DNA of 64,000 nt from Trichosphaerium sp. ATCC 40318 (GCA_038496445.1 JALMLS010000194.1:124001-188000); one strand, 5' to 3'. Positions 29,377 to 42,027 are shown, counted from the stretch's first letter. The notes: generated by a model from the sequence alone, not told the origin. Numbers and translations: made by a program.

Positions 29377-30537
29377 TGGTGGCTTGGGGTATGGCCCCTT
29401 TTTAGGTGAAAACAATGGTAAACGTCTGTGCCAAGGCTTCTGTAACCAAGCAAGGTGTGCAAAACTCCTAAAGGATTATACATTTAGTCATCTTCACCTT
29501 ACTCTTATTGGCAGCTAGCCAGTGTTTGGTGGGTGTGTGGTGGACAACTTTCCTTTTTTCTTGTATACCATGCCAAAACCCAGTGAGCTGGGCAGTTGGT
29601 TGTCACACAATTACTATATTTTTAATTTCCACTTTTCACTAAGTACCCTTTTTCTTGTGCTACTGATATGCTTCCTCAAACACTATTCTCACAGGTGCTA
29701 TTTGGTGCTTTCTCTCCTTGCTAGGTTTTCAACTACTTTCATGTGTATTTTGCTGTGATTACAACTCCAACACAGTCTCACAGCCATGTAATTCAATATT
29801 TGGCCCAATCTCAATGCCACATCACTAATTCAGTAAGTCAGTAATTATCATCACTTGCAATATGTCAAAGCATGGTGCACCACCTGACAACTCTACAAAC
29901 AACAGCTACATAGTTAAGGACCCTTTCAAGAAGCATACCTGTCAGAAACCACCAGGCCAATCAAGTAATGGTACAATATTTATCGGCTTTAGTGTAGAGC
30001 TTATTGATGCTTTCAATGGTCGTTTTCTTAAGGTTTGCTCTTGTTTAGGCAACTAACCTGCTGTCATTTCTTCAGTCTATGTCAGCTTTGTTGAAATTGT
30101 GTTGTCCATGCTGGGAAGTTCTGGACAGGTACACATCTGGTTCAAATGTTGAGTTGGGTGATTTTAGCATGCATGACAATCAGTTTTCATCTGAATCACA
30201 TGTCCATGTGCAATTATCTTCTATTATGCACAAACACGGTTTGGTAGATGTTGCTTTTTGGTACAGTTCATTCTGTCACACAGTTTCACTTCTACATCAG
30301 GTACTCTTAGCTGCATTGACTATGTATTTGTCTGCCATGAGTGTCCAAAGTGACAAGTGAGGAGACACCTTCACCTCACCAAAAGTCTTAAAAACAAGCA
30401 AGCATCTCAGCATATTAAGGAGTTTTGTTGTTCTGCAATCATTCAGTGATTCTTGACTTCCAGGTTGCTTAGTACAGGTCTGTTTTATTATAAGTAAAAT
30501 CTTTATGCCAATTGATTGATGAATCAGGTATGGACAC

Positions 30538-30676
30538 CAGTACTGGAATCGGGATTTTGACCAGTACTAAACCCATACAAAACCCATACTTTTTACCCAT
30601 ACTTAACCTGTACGGGTTCTGTATTGTTGATCCATACTCTGCCTGTACATTATCCATACTCCTGATTTTACTACTG
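30538..30676 (+). mobile_element. CAGTA-MITE copy 1 (139 bp, AC TSD)
   Basis: ac|CAGTACTGGAATCGGGA ... TCCTGATTTTACTACTG|ac with internal ACCC(G/A)TAC repeats. Confidence 0.85.
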
Positions 30677-30689
30677 ACATTTCTATCCT

Positions 30690-30946
30690 ATTGGACTGTG
30701 TTATGCAAAGATTGTATCTCAGTAAGAATGTCAAAACCCATCACCCTTAAAGAAATCTTGGAAACCATCAAGTCTATGTCTTCAAACAAAACTTCAGGCC
30801 CTGATGAAGTATCTATGTGTTTGAACAAAGATTTGGGCTCTTTTATTGCTAGGCATCTATGTCCCCTGTTCAATGACATCATGCAAGGTTTTGATCATGA
30901 ATGGTTTGGTAGAGGTATTATATATCCATTATACAAAATTAACTAA
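30690..30946 (+). mobile_element. Non-LTR retrotransposon (LINE) ORF2 fragment, RT N-terminal region
   Basis: PITLKEILETIKSMSSNKTSGPDEVS...LCPLFNDIM...W...GIIYPLYK matches the K(S/A)PGPDG...LFN...W...I.PxxK signature preceding LINE RT. Confidence 0.8.
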
Positions 30947-30972
30947 TTTCCTTCTATCCTTCTCTTGCTTAA

Positions 30973-31249
30973 CAGTACTGGAATCAGGATTTTGACCCAT
31001 ACTAAACCCGTATGGAACCCGTACTTTTGACCTGTACTTAACCTGTATGGGTTCTGTACTTTTGACCCATACAAAACCTGTACAGAACCCATACTTTGAC
31101 CCGTACTCAACCCGTACGGGTTCCGTAATTTTGACCTGGATTAAACCCATACGTAATCCATACTTTCGACCTGTACAAAACCCATATGGAATCTGTACTT
31201 TTTGACCTGTACTCTACGTACATTATCCGTACTCCCGATTTTACTACTG
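30973..31249 (+). mobile_element. CAGTA-MITE copy 2 (277 bp, AA TSD)
   Basis: aa|CAGTACTGGAATCAGGA ... TCCCGATTTTACTACTG|aa with many ACCCGTAC-type repeats. Confidence 0.88.
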
Positions 31250-31901
31250 AAGCACTCTTGCTTCATTTCTTGGTTCTCCACCACCAACCAATCAAGCACA
31301 CCCTGCTGTCCAAATACCTTCTGTCTGTCAACAAATAAGTGCTCAAACCTTGGTGTCCTCTCAACTTCAGATGAAACCCTCAAAGATCATGACTTCAAGT
31401 AAAAAAATGGTCAAGTGAATGGTTTACAAAGGTGAATAGTGGTAATTTAACAAAGTATCAAAAAAAGCAATTAAATATCAAAAAATCAATCCATTCACTG
31501 ATAAAATTACATAAAGATCTCAAACAATGAATTTTCACTCAAATAAGCAGTAGTACAGATTCTTTAAAAAACAAAGTATGGCCCACTATTGGTACAATGT
31601 CCAGTGACCCTTTTTAAGGCAAAAATGATAGAAAATAGATATTTAGGATAGTTTAAGGATATTATGGCTCAATAACTCCATTAAACCTCTTTTTAAAGAC
31701 AATTATTGGATTTGAGATTTTTTGCCTAATTAAGTAAGTTCTTGCTTAAGTATTTATGATAAGGCAGGATTGGCGAAAAAAGCAGGTAAAATGGCAAAAA
31801 CATGAAGTTGGTTGATATAAACTGGGTACGATTGTTTATGTGGGGATAGTTTTATGTAAAGTTTGTAATAATTGTACCAAACCTCTTTGTAATTGTTATG
31901 T

Positions 31902-32005
31902 CAGTAGTAAAATCGGGAGTACGGGGCATGTACGGGTTTAATCCGTGTCAAAAGTACAGGTCATGTATGGGTTTAGTACAGGTCAAAATTCTAATTCCAG
32001 TACTG
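31902..32005 (-). mobile_element. CAGTA-MITE copy 3 (104 bp, inverted, GT TSD)
   Basis: gt|CAGTAGTAAAATCGGGA ... AATTCCAGTACTG|gt. Confidence 0.85.
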
Positions 32006-32044
32006 GTGCTTGTATCATAATAAATCATCATTTTCTTTTCCTCT

Positions 32045-33360
32045 ATAAAGTGGTGTTTTATGTGTGCCCAAAACGTGTGATATGTGTGGCAAATATGTGT
32101 GCCCAAAACATGTCCAAAATGTGGAAAATAAATGTGCCTAAAATGTGCCCAAAACGTGCCCATAACGTGCCCAAAACGTGCAATTCACGTGTTGTCTTAT
32201 TCCAAGAAACATCTGTTGGAAAATAAATTGATTTGCTGTTGTTAAATTTTACCAAGAATCTTTTTGCTGGTCCGCTGTTTCTGTATTTTGTTACAAAATT
32301 ACGTAACAAACCAAGCCATGAACCAATAGATGCCAAAACATGCTTCAACACAAGCTCAAGAGTATGACAATGACATTTGATTGTGACAGCTGTCATGTCT
32401 CTTGAGATTGGTAATAAATATTCTTCTTTATCAAGGTCTTCATTATTACTCCATTCAACAAGAAGTTTGTCTGATATGTAACTACTAGGCACAATGGCAT
32501 ACTCATTCAATACTTTCACAATAGAGTCCTACAAATTAAAATTATTTTTGGATTTTTTTTTAACTACAGCATTTTTTGAAAAAACAAAAACAATGTACTC
32601 TCAAATTAACTGCTGCTGTTCATGACAATAGTTGCATTCATATCCTTCATCTGATAGCACTGTAATGTGTCCATACACAAATACATCAGCACAGTGATGG
32701 CGTCTATGGATAGGTTTGCAAGAGGGGGTAACAGAGTGCATTTTTAACTATTAAGTTACTGATAATTTGCCATCTCTATTTAGGGTAGATTAAGGATATT
32801 AACTAAAAAAGCAATAAAAGCTGAAAAAGATATAATAAAGGCTGCAAATGGCCTTGTCAATGAACAAAACAAACAGCATGTTGGAAAAGAACCTTGTGGA
32901 GCATGGATGTCACAGGATTGGACTTTTTTTAAACATGTTATGCTGACATTACAAAGATGAATATTCATCAAAAAGCATGGAAAGAAGCTGCTGAAATTGA
33001 CATTAAACATATTAAAAGATATATTGGCTCATACTACATGGTTCATAACAGATGGAGACTCTTCATGTTTTAGGTGTGCATAAAATATAGGGAATTTTCA
33101 GGATGATAATACAAACCAAATGCTGGCATATTTTTTGTTCAAATAGCCTTGTTCTGTATTTACTGCAACTCAGTAATTAAACACAATATAAACTTGGCTG
33201 TATGCTGGAAAAATCATCCTTCTGTACTGTGGTGGAAATGTTTTGGGCATGTTTTGGACATGTTTATTTTTCACACAAAAGGCACTTTTCTCTTCCACTT
33301 GCTGGCCACACAAATCACACTTTTTGGACATGTTTTAGGCATGTTTATTTTAAGCCTTGT
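32045..33360 (-). mobile_element. Internally deleted hAT-like DNA transposon
   Basis: ORF 32058-32519 has IKCHCHTLELVLKHVL (hAT CxxH motif) and PTDVSWN (TRWN-like). GTGCCCAAAAC arrays at 32060-32185 face inverted GTTTTGGGCA arrays at 33235-33345. Confidence 0.65.
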
Positions 33361-33650
33361 TTTATGAGTATATGGTGCCTGGGTTATGTGCAAAATTGAG
33401 GAGGACTTTAGTTTGCCATGCAATACAGGATTTGTGTCAAAGTACATGCCACATACAGGTTTTGTACATGCCAAAACCCCAATTACAGTATTGATGCTGT
33501 GCACCAATGAATGTGGTCCCACCTGAAATGGTAAAGCTGCCAGTAAACAACAAATACTAGAATTTGCCATCAATTTCCATACATACATTTACTGTTATGT
33601 TAACTAGTATTTATTTACAAGTCCAATATAGTACAAAACCTAGCTTGATT

Positions 33651-34421
33651 TTACATGGCTGAAGCATAGAAAGAAGCCTCGCGTTTTAAGTGAAAAACAG
33701 TGTCATGCAATGATGCGACCTCAGCTTCAAGGGTAGCCTGCACAAAGATTAAAAAAATAAACAAGTGTTTTGTACTTACAACTTTGGTTGTTAGTTGATG
33801 TATTTGACGATGACGTTTAGGATTTGTTTTGAGTTCCCACTCCACATCTGCTGGCAATCCTTTATCAGCAACGTGTGGTATATCACGCTCAGCAAGCTTA
33901 GCCATGAGGCCAGTGATGACATCTTGAAGCGCAGCCTGTGGTGTACAAGTTACAAATTTTTCATTTTTTCTACAGCAACGTACGTTTTCGTCTTTTAGGC
34001 TCATAATTTGCCTTACACGTCTTGCACTTATGCGCATCTCCGCTTCTGCGTTACAACGGTTAAAATAGTCGACGAATTGTCGGTTACGTACTTTTGGTTT
34101 CCCCAAGTGCTGCATTTTGTTCGTCTATGGTGTGTTGTGCGTCTTGTAGGGCTTTTTGCTGTTGGCGAATTATTTTATCCTTCTCTTGCGCTGACTCTTC
34201 CAGAGCTCTTTTCTCGCGCTTGAGCTTCTGGTTTTGAGTTTTTAATACCTTTACCGTTAAATTGGCTTTTTCGCGCCGTGCCCCATTTTGAATCTACAAC
34301 ACCTATTAAACCTAGCGCCTACGCACAAACTTTGTACCGAGGCATTTTTGACTTTGGCACCTGCACCGCGATTTACGCGCGCATTCATAATGTTCTCTTT
34401 GTCTTCGTATACGCGTAACAT
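33651..34421 (-). CDS. Hypothetical coiled-coil protein (multi-exon)
   Basis: Exons such as VLKTQNQKLKREKRALEESAQEKDKIIRQQQKALQDAQ and ATLEAEVASLHDTVFHLKRE are flanked by splice signals. The start is uncertain. Confidence 0.55.
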
Positions 34422-34532
34422 TCTTGTAGTAATGTTGTTGATTCAATTGGTTGTATTTGTAAAAAAAAATGTAATAATAAGTGTAGTCAAATGGCTAACC
34501 GCGCTTAATTCAAAAAAAATCAGTACGCAACC

Positions 34533-36246
34533 ATGCTACAGCGTATAGCCGGTACTATGTCTGCTCGACATGGCCTTTACGCTATTGGCACGGGAATGTT
34601 TATCAGTTTCGTTGGTCTTACGCGCTACCCGAACAGTGGGTTTTACGACCGTGCGGTAGAAGTGCGTGATGAGTTGTTTTATTAACACGAAAGAAAAAAA
34701 AGAGACAAACACGCTAAAACGACATACCAGGCGACTGCAATGATGGACTCGGAAACAGCGCATAGATTGAGCGTGTGGTACTTTGGTTCTGTGTTTGCAC
34801 CAAAAGCAGAACGGTACGCCAGCAGGCGCCTTGAAACAGCATTATGGCATCTGAGATTTAAGAATCCAATTGGTCTGTACGTTGCTCAATATTTGACAAG
34901 TTTTTGTTGCGCCCTCCAAGAGACTCAATCTCTTTGTTGAAAAAAAGTGCAGCTGGATATGACAAGCACTGTGAATGTATGCCTGGTATGCTAAACCTTG
35001 GATTCGGGTTTGTGGAGGTTGGATCTATAACACCACAACCACAAGCGGGCAACGAACGCCCTAGGGTTTGGCGGTACGACGCACTCACCTCACTCAATGA
35101 CTCGGCTCACAGAACAAAAGGATTGACAACTGCAATGGTGTCATCAATCGCTATGGATTTCCTAGTGATGGTATGAAGGTACAGCTGTCTTGTGCGCCTA
35201 AGCAAATGAGTTGTTGACCTTAGTTTTGTGTGTCAGGTGTGCAAAGAAAGATTGATAAAGTACAACAGAAGAAAACTTAAAAAGGGACTTGTTGGTGCGC
35301 ACATCAAAAGAACAAAGCACACGCAACCCCGCTAACACGAATGGCAAGGCGTCAATCTCGGTAAGAACAAAACAACAGAAGACGCAGCAGGCGACTACAC
35401 AACACTGATACGTGAGCTCGGGCCTCACGCAGACTACCTCGTCGTCAACGTCTCATCACCAAACACTCCCAATCTACGCGATCTGCAAAGACGTGAACCG
35501 TTGGTACTGTTTTCTCTCTGGCGTTCACATATCTCTTTTGATTGCCGCCGTGCTTGGATCGTGATGAGTTCTTATGTCTGTAGGTTGACCTCATTTCCAA
35601 AGTGAAAAAAGCTCAGATAATGCTACCTCAACCGGTCCCACCATTGCTTGTTAAGATCGCTCCAGATCTCACATTAGAACAGAAGCAAGATATTGCGCAA
35701 GGTGCCTTATATAAGCCAGCCATTATGGTTGTGCGTGACTGACATTACTAGTTGCCAAAGAGTTCAAAATCGACGGCTTAATTGTCACCAACACAACCGT
35801 AGAACGTCCAGGTACGCCTTCTTTTGAGCCTTCTCAGCTTAACTTTGCGTTATTCACCAATGTCTATAGATCTAGTATTAGAACATCCAAATGGCGCCGA
35901 GCTCGGTGGTCTATCAGGTGAACCTCTTAAAGACATGGCGACACAGTGCGTAAAAGACATGTACAAGTTGACAGAAGGGAGAATGCCAATCATAGGTACT
36001 ACTGCACGCTTTCCTGAATCCTGCATGTTTGCTGACACGTGATAAACAGGTGTTGGAGGCATAGCCAACGGTGAAGACGCATACGAAAAGATTCGAGCAG
36101 GAGCATCGCTGGTGCAGTTGTACAGCTCGCTCGTCTATACCGGTCCCAAAGCACCACGCAGTATCGCAGTCGAATTAGATGCCTTACTGGCCCGTGACGG
36201 ATATGCTAACGTATCCGAGGCGGTTGGCGCAGATGTCAAGCTGTAA
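34533..36246 (+). CDS. DHODH: Dihydroorotate dehydrogenase (quinone), class 2, mitochondrial
   Basis: [73 protein letters not shown] and IIGVGGI...[13 protein letters not shown]. Confidence 0.95.
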
Positions 36247-36395
36247 ATAAACAAATTTTTGGTTGACAGGTTTTTTTTTTTTGTGTTAGGCTAAAGTCGG
36301 TTTAAAATCCAACAAAGTCGTATCGGGTATTATCAATTTCGCCTCAATACTCACGCAACAATGTACTTGGACCAAGTAAATAGTGCGACGCTATA

Positions 36396-39300
36396 ATGAC
36401 ATTTGAATGGCGTAGTTTGGGAGATGGCCTCACCAATACCGCGAGGGGCTTCACCGGATTGTACGGACACTCAGCGGTTGTACACAAGGGCGTAATTTAC
36501 ATCTTTGGTAATTAACGACTCAACAAACCACGTAAAACAACTGACGTGTGTTATATTAGGCGGTTGTAACAATAAGGGCACTTTCTCTAGAAATCTTTAC
36601 ATTTACAATTTGCGTACGCCATTTTGAACACCACTACAACCTAGATAATCTGTACGTAACGTTGTATTGATAGGTTTGAACAAATGGGATACCAAAGTTA
36701 CAGACACGGGTAATGCTCCCTCTGGGCGCAACTTTCACACTGCTGTAAGCGCATAAACGCCTCGAATTTATGAGGCAATGTACTCCTGTTGCAACTCACG
36801 TTTTTTTTCGTTCAGGTGATGTGCCGAAACGATATGTTCGTCTTTGGAGGCACGCATTATTCAATAATTTTTCGTTTGTCACGTGATGACTTCAAACGCG
36901 TTTCTAACAGTCAGTACAGGGAAGAGCAATGGATACCATTCTGACTTGCATAAATACAACATAGGTAATTTACTTCAAAAGCACAATCCAAAAAAAAAAC
37001 TGACATACTGAAAGTGAAGCGAAAATGGTCTCAAGTTCCTTTCTCAGGACGTGGGCCGTTAGCACGTTATGGTCACGTGTCTGTATTATACAAAGGGTCG
37101 TTTTACGTGTTTGGTGGATATGATCAGCACGGTTTCTGCTGTGATGACGTGCACAGGTTTGAAGTGGAGAACGCGACATGGCACAAGTATGCAAAACTTA
37201 AAACTTTTGAATAGTTTTGTCTGATAGACGCCTATAGAGTGACCGTAGTAAGTGACTTGTCGCTTGAAAGATTTCACCATAGCGCAGTATGCTACAAGAA
37301 TACAATGTTGTGTTTCGGTGGCAAGCGGGGTGACCAGCCTTCTGATGAACTCCTTGAATTTAACTTTGAGACGTCCGTGTTCCGCAAAGTACTAACATCA
37401 GGCCCTGGTCCTGGAGCACGTTGGGGGCACGCAATGGCCGTTGTTGGCAACGCATTGTATATTATTGGCGGAAGAGACAAAGTTTGTAATTTTGGTGACA
37501 CCTGGCGATTGACCCTTGACGGCGATGATAAAGACAAACACTGGCTACAAATTAACAACGCCTCCACACACATTGACATGAAGCGCTATTTTCACGTCTT
37601 GTTAGACTACAAAGACAGGTTGGCAGGTACCCTCAACCATAAATAGACTATCTCACTCTCTTATTAGTACAGCATATGGGGAAAGGTGAGCATCCACCGG
37701 CTTTGAATCCACGCACACAACACGCTTATTTTTTTAAAGTTTTTTACGACTATGCCTAGCGCTCAACTTGTTTCCTCTTTCGTAATCCTGACGCACCCGT
37801 AGAACCTATACGACTTTTGTTACACCGACATTGTTGCAAACAGTGAGCAGCAGGATAGACGAAATAAGCGGTTGTCTATCGAGACTAGATTTAGTGACGC
37901 GACTGTTACCTCGCTGTCAGCCAGCGCAAGCAGCATTACACATAATGGAGACACAAAAATTAAAATCAAATGCTGTTACCTCAAAGAGATGCGGTTAATA
38001 AGGTTCGTGTCTTTGCTTGGATCCAACGATGGATGAAAATATATTTAATGGTCTAACTCTTTTTTCTTTTGCTAGCATCTCCATTGACATAACGTACAAG
38101 CAACTATACAGCACCTTATCCAGGCAATACAACCTAAAGTCGTTTACCATTCAGTACAGGGATATTGACAATGACCTGATAACCGTCAGATCTCAGGCTG
38201 ACCTCAATGAAGCACTTGCATTCTTTAGAGAGTCCAAGCACCGCGTCAAAGTCTTCTTAAATCCAGTCCCTAAGGTAGCCAAAGAGAAAACAATAATTTG
38301 TATAGTACTAACGCAAATAAACAGGGAACTAATAGCCGCCCACCAAGCATGCCTTCTGCATCCACACCACAGCAACAAACAATGCATACAAGACCTACAA
38401 ATGCGGTGGTTGATGCAAATGGCCCATTTCGATGGAGTAGAGGTAAGCTGGTTGGCGAAGGAGGCTTTGCAAAGGTCTACATCGCAATGAACATGGACAC
38501 GGGACAGTACTTGGCTGTGAAGCAGGTTGAGCTATCACAGGATCAAGTCGAATCCAAACAAGTCACCACACTGCAAAAAGAAATCGATCTATTACAGGTG
38601 CGTCACAATCTCAAGTATTTCGTGAACGTTATCTTAACATTTGATGTCTTGGTTGTAGGGCCTGTCTCATCCCAACATTGTACAATACCTAGGATCTTCA
38701 CGTGTTGCAAATACGCTTAATATCTTCTTGGAATACGCTCTGGGCTCGATACAATCACTGCTCGGTCAGTTTGGTCCTTTCACGGTTGGCATTGTATGCA
38801 AATACGCCCGACAGATAGTACAAGGATTAGAGTACCTGCATTCCAAAGACATAGCACACAGAGACATAAAAGGAGCAAAGTAAGTAATCCCACAATTAAC
38901 GCTACCTCTTAGAATCTCCAAACTGATGTGTTGTCTTAGCATTCTCATTAACAAGGAAGGTGTGGTAAAGCTAGCAGACTTTGGCGCATCCAAACAACTG
39001 CAAAGTACGTTACGAAAAAATAAATGAACCAAAAGCACGTGGCTTACACTTTGTTTTAGCTATAGCGTCCAACTTCCACTCTGTAACTGGTACTCCCTAT
39101 TTCATGGCTCCAGAAGGTACTCATCCGGCCATATTTTTGTTTCCCGCTAACCACTTGTTTTTGCAGTTATCACTGGCACTGATGGACAGAATCCAGCATA
39201 TGGCCGGTACGTTGGTTTTTTGCCTTGTATCTTCACGAAATCTTCTTTTTTCTCACCAAACACGTGTTTAGAAAGGCTGATATTTGGTCGGTTGGCGCTG

Positions 39301-39715
39301 TTGTCATCGAAATGTACGGTTTCACCTTTCTTTCTTGTGGTTGACTCTCTAAAGGGCAACTGGAAAGCCACCTTGGTCAGATTTACCACCAATCACAGCA
39401 TTGTTCAAAATCGGATCATCAATGGCTCTCCCACCATTCCCATCTTCTCTTGGTCACAAGGGGCAAGCATTCGTGCGCCTCTGCTTCCAAAGGGACGTGA
39501 ACAAGCGCGCAACAGCATCTGAGTTGTTAGCGCACTCCTTTGTGGTGAACAACAACGGGCATGAGGACTCTGCAACACCAACGCCAAAGCGATCTAAATC
39601 CAGCTCTAAGACGAAAAGGAGGAAAGTAAAATCAATAGAAACGTCAAAGGATGACACCATTGATGCCGCCAGAGTACTAGGATTCTTGGAACGCCCTGAC
39701 AATTCGCACTCGTAG
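36396..39715 (+). CDS. Kelch-repeat + PB1 + STE11/MEKK-type MAP3K
   Basis: About six Kelch repeats (RYGHVSVLYKGSFYVFGG, RFHHSAV, RWGHAMAV), a PB1 OPCA motif (IQYRDIDNDLITVRSQADLNEAL) and a kinase domain (WSRGKLVGEGGFAKVY, LAVKQV, HRDIKGAN, KLADFG, GTPYFMAPE). Confidence 0.85.
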
Positions 39716-39898
39716 CCAAAATCTGTGCATTGTACAGCACACAGATGTTCAGTTGTGGCATTTTTTTTCCTCAACAACAAAAAGCTTTATTTATTTTAAA
39801 AGGGCGCCCAAGATACAAGTTGACTTGAACAAAAATTTCCTTGTTAATTATTAATTTGGTTGTATTAATTGCGCTCTTTGTCTGTAAAACGTAACCAT

Positions 39899-41898
39899 AT
39901 GGCGCAAAAGAAAGCCTGCACGCACGACGTCATATTGGGTGGAAGCCTATGTGCTCTGTGTGGCTCTAAAGTTTCTCAAGTTGAAGTGTCGTCAATGGTG
40001 AGGGCGAGTAAACCCGGTGTATCATTTACAACGCAGGTACGCGTAAAAAACTGTGACATTGCAATGAAAATGCAGCACAACCTACAATTCATAGTGACAC
40101 AGCGTCTTGAAGCGTCACAGATTACATTTTTCCTGCTAGAAACGAAAAGTAATCAAATATTCTAGAAAACAAGGCAGCTGTCTGTAGAAAGGCGTCAGAG
40201 ATTATTAAAAGAAAACAAGCTGTCATTAATTCTGGACCTGGATTTGACGCTTCTACACGCCACCAATCAGTACCCACGCAATCTGGACCCTCAAAAAGAG
40301 GCTAACCTGCACATTTTTAAACTTCCAGACGATCCACTACTGTTCTACGTCAAATTGCGGTAAAAATACAACCAAGGCACCAATAACTTGCTCTAACACG
40401 CCTATGCAGGCCGGGGTTGTTCCATTTTTTCAGCCGTTTATCAAAGTTATATGAATTTCACATTTACACAGCCGGTAACCACGAGTACGGTAGCAAGGTA
40501 GCACAAATAATAGCGGAGGCAGTCGTACGTGTTATTTTATTCCACTCGTAATCAAAAAAACAACAATCCGTGTACCGTGGACACCCCAGTACTGAATCCC
40601 TTTTGTATCGTTTAGCGCATGAAGACAAACAACAATGACAAGCTATTCTGCAGCCTCCTGACACGAGATAATACACAAGGTAAGCACACTGCAACAAACG
40701 AAATTCGTTATCACGTGCTTTTTTTTTCTCGTGTGACAACAGCCTGTTTGTTCTATGAATCGCCTTTCTCATTTCATTACAGAACAACACACAAAGAGTA
40801 TATCCAAGGTATTCCCACATGATGATACCATGGTGTTGGCGATTGATGATCGTGAGGAAGTGTGGCCGAATTGCGGTAACATTATCCCGATTAAACCATG
40901 TACGTCTATTAGACACAACTCAATCTTGGTGCCACTTCAAACAGTCATGTATTTACTTCGGTGGTAGATAAATTTTTTGAGGATCAGGGCGTGAATGTAT
41001 TGTTCAACGATGATCATAACCAACAGGCACGCACTTGACAGAAGGACACTTGAACAATAACCCTGTGGTATTAGCTAATGTAGTTTACAGGAATCAGAAC
41101 CAGTGCCAGAGGTAGGCGTCAAATTTGCAGATCCAGTAGAGTGCGTACCATTAACCTGTTATTCGGGCATTTCTTTTTTTATGTTGTACATTGAATGGCT
41201 TACACTGTGGTAGCGAAATGCCAGACCCTGCACTCATGGGTATACTTGATATTCTAGAAAAAGCTCATCATCGATTTTATGCGGGTATAACAGCTCAGAT
41301 TGTACCTGACGTGAAGGTTCTCTTGAAGAAAATTTTGAGCGAGATTTTGTACAATCACACCATACTTTTTTCACATATATTCCCACGTGATCAGGATATT
41401 ATCAACAACCCGCCAGCGCTCATTCGCAAAGCTAGACAATTTGGTGCAACGATTGTTTTTGAATTTTCTCGAAAAGTCACTCATTTGGTGGCATCGCAGG
41501 GAGGTACAAAGAAAGTACAGCAAGCCATGAAAACACCTGGTATTTACATAGTAACACTACCTTGGCTCTGGGAAACATTTCACATGTATAGAAAACAGGA
41601 TGAACACCATGGCCTCTTTAGACTTGATAGCATTCCTGCATGTCTTTCACCGCCTACTATTTTAAGCTATGCTGAGAGTATGGCATTAAAGGACAAAAAG
41701 CAAGCCGAAAAGGGCAATGGAAAGAGAAAAAAGAGACAGTGGGAACAACACTTACAAAACAGTACTTCTGGCACAATCAAAAAACCAAGAATAGAAGATG
41801 CCAACACACAGGATGATATGAATGATGATGATGACGAGGATGATGAAGCTTTGGCAGCTGATTTATCGAAATTTGAAGAGGAGTTCAATTTTTTTTAA
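39899..41898 (+). CDS. FCP1: RNA Pol II CTD phosphatase Fcp1 (HAD + BRCT)
   Basis: CTH...LCALCG, KLSLILDLDLTLLHAT, YVKLRPGL, AIDDREEVW, a BRCT domain (VTHLVA...GTKKV...IVTLPWL) and an acidic tail. Confidence 0.9.
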
Positions 41899-42027
41899 AA
41901 TGTATTTAGTTTTTTTTGCAAACCAAAAAAAGAGGTTTTATCGCTTTTTATTTCAATTTGTACATTATAAAATGTTATTGAACACAAAGCCGTTATGCAA
42001 AAAAATAATTTTTGTTGGTCAGAAAAG

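Larger units (their letters stand above)
28910..31640. mobile_element. TIR-bounded non-autonomous DNA element (about 2.7 kb) carrying nested insertions
   Basis: 28981-29021 (aatagtgggccatacttcattttttaaaggattcgtacta) is the inverse of 31551-31590. 28910-28942 (ctattttctattgtttttgcctgaaaaagggcc) is the inverse of about 31606-31639. Confidence 0.65.
27720..33640. mobile_element. Island of nested, decayed transposon remnants
   Basis: No intact host gene models, abrupt CpG loss, several families of short subterminal-type repeats, inverted repeats, a LINE fragment and a hAT fragment. Confidence 0.85.

Noticed and set aside
30973-31249. Regularly recurring short repeats as a CRISPR-like array
   Set aside because: Units are about 8-12 bp, degenerate, in both orientations, without unique spacers, and are bounded by TIRs and TSDs. 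The context is eukaryotic and has no cas genes.
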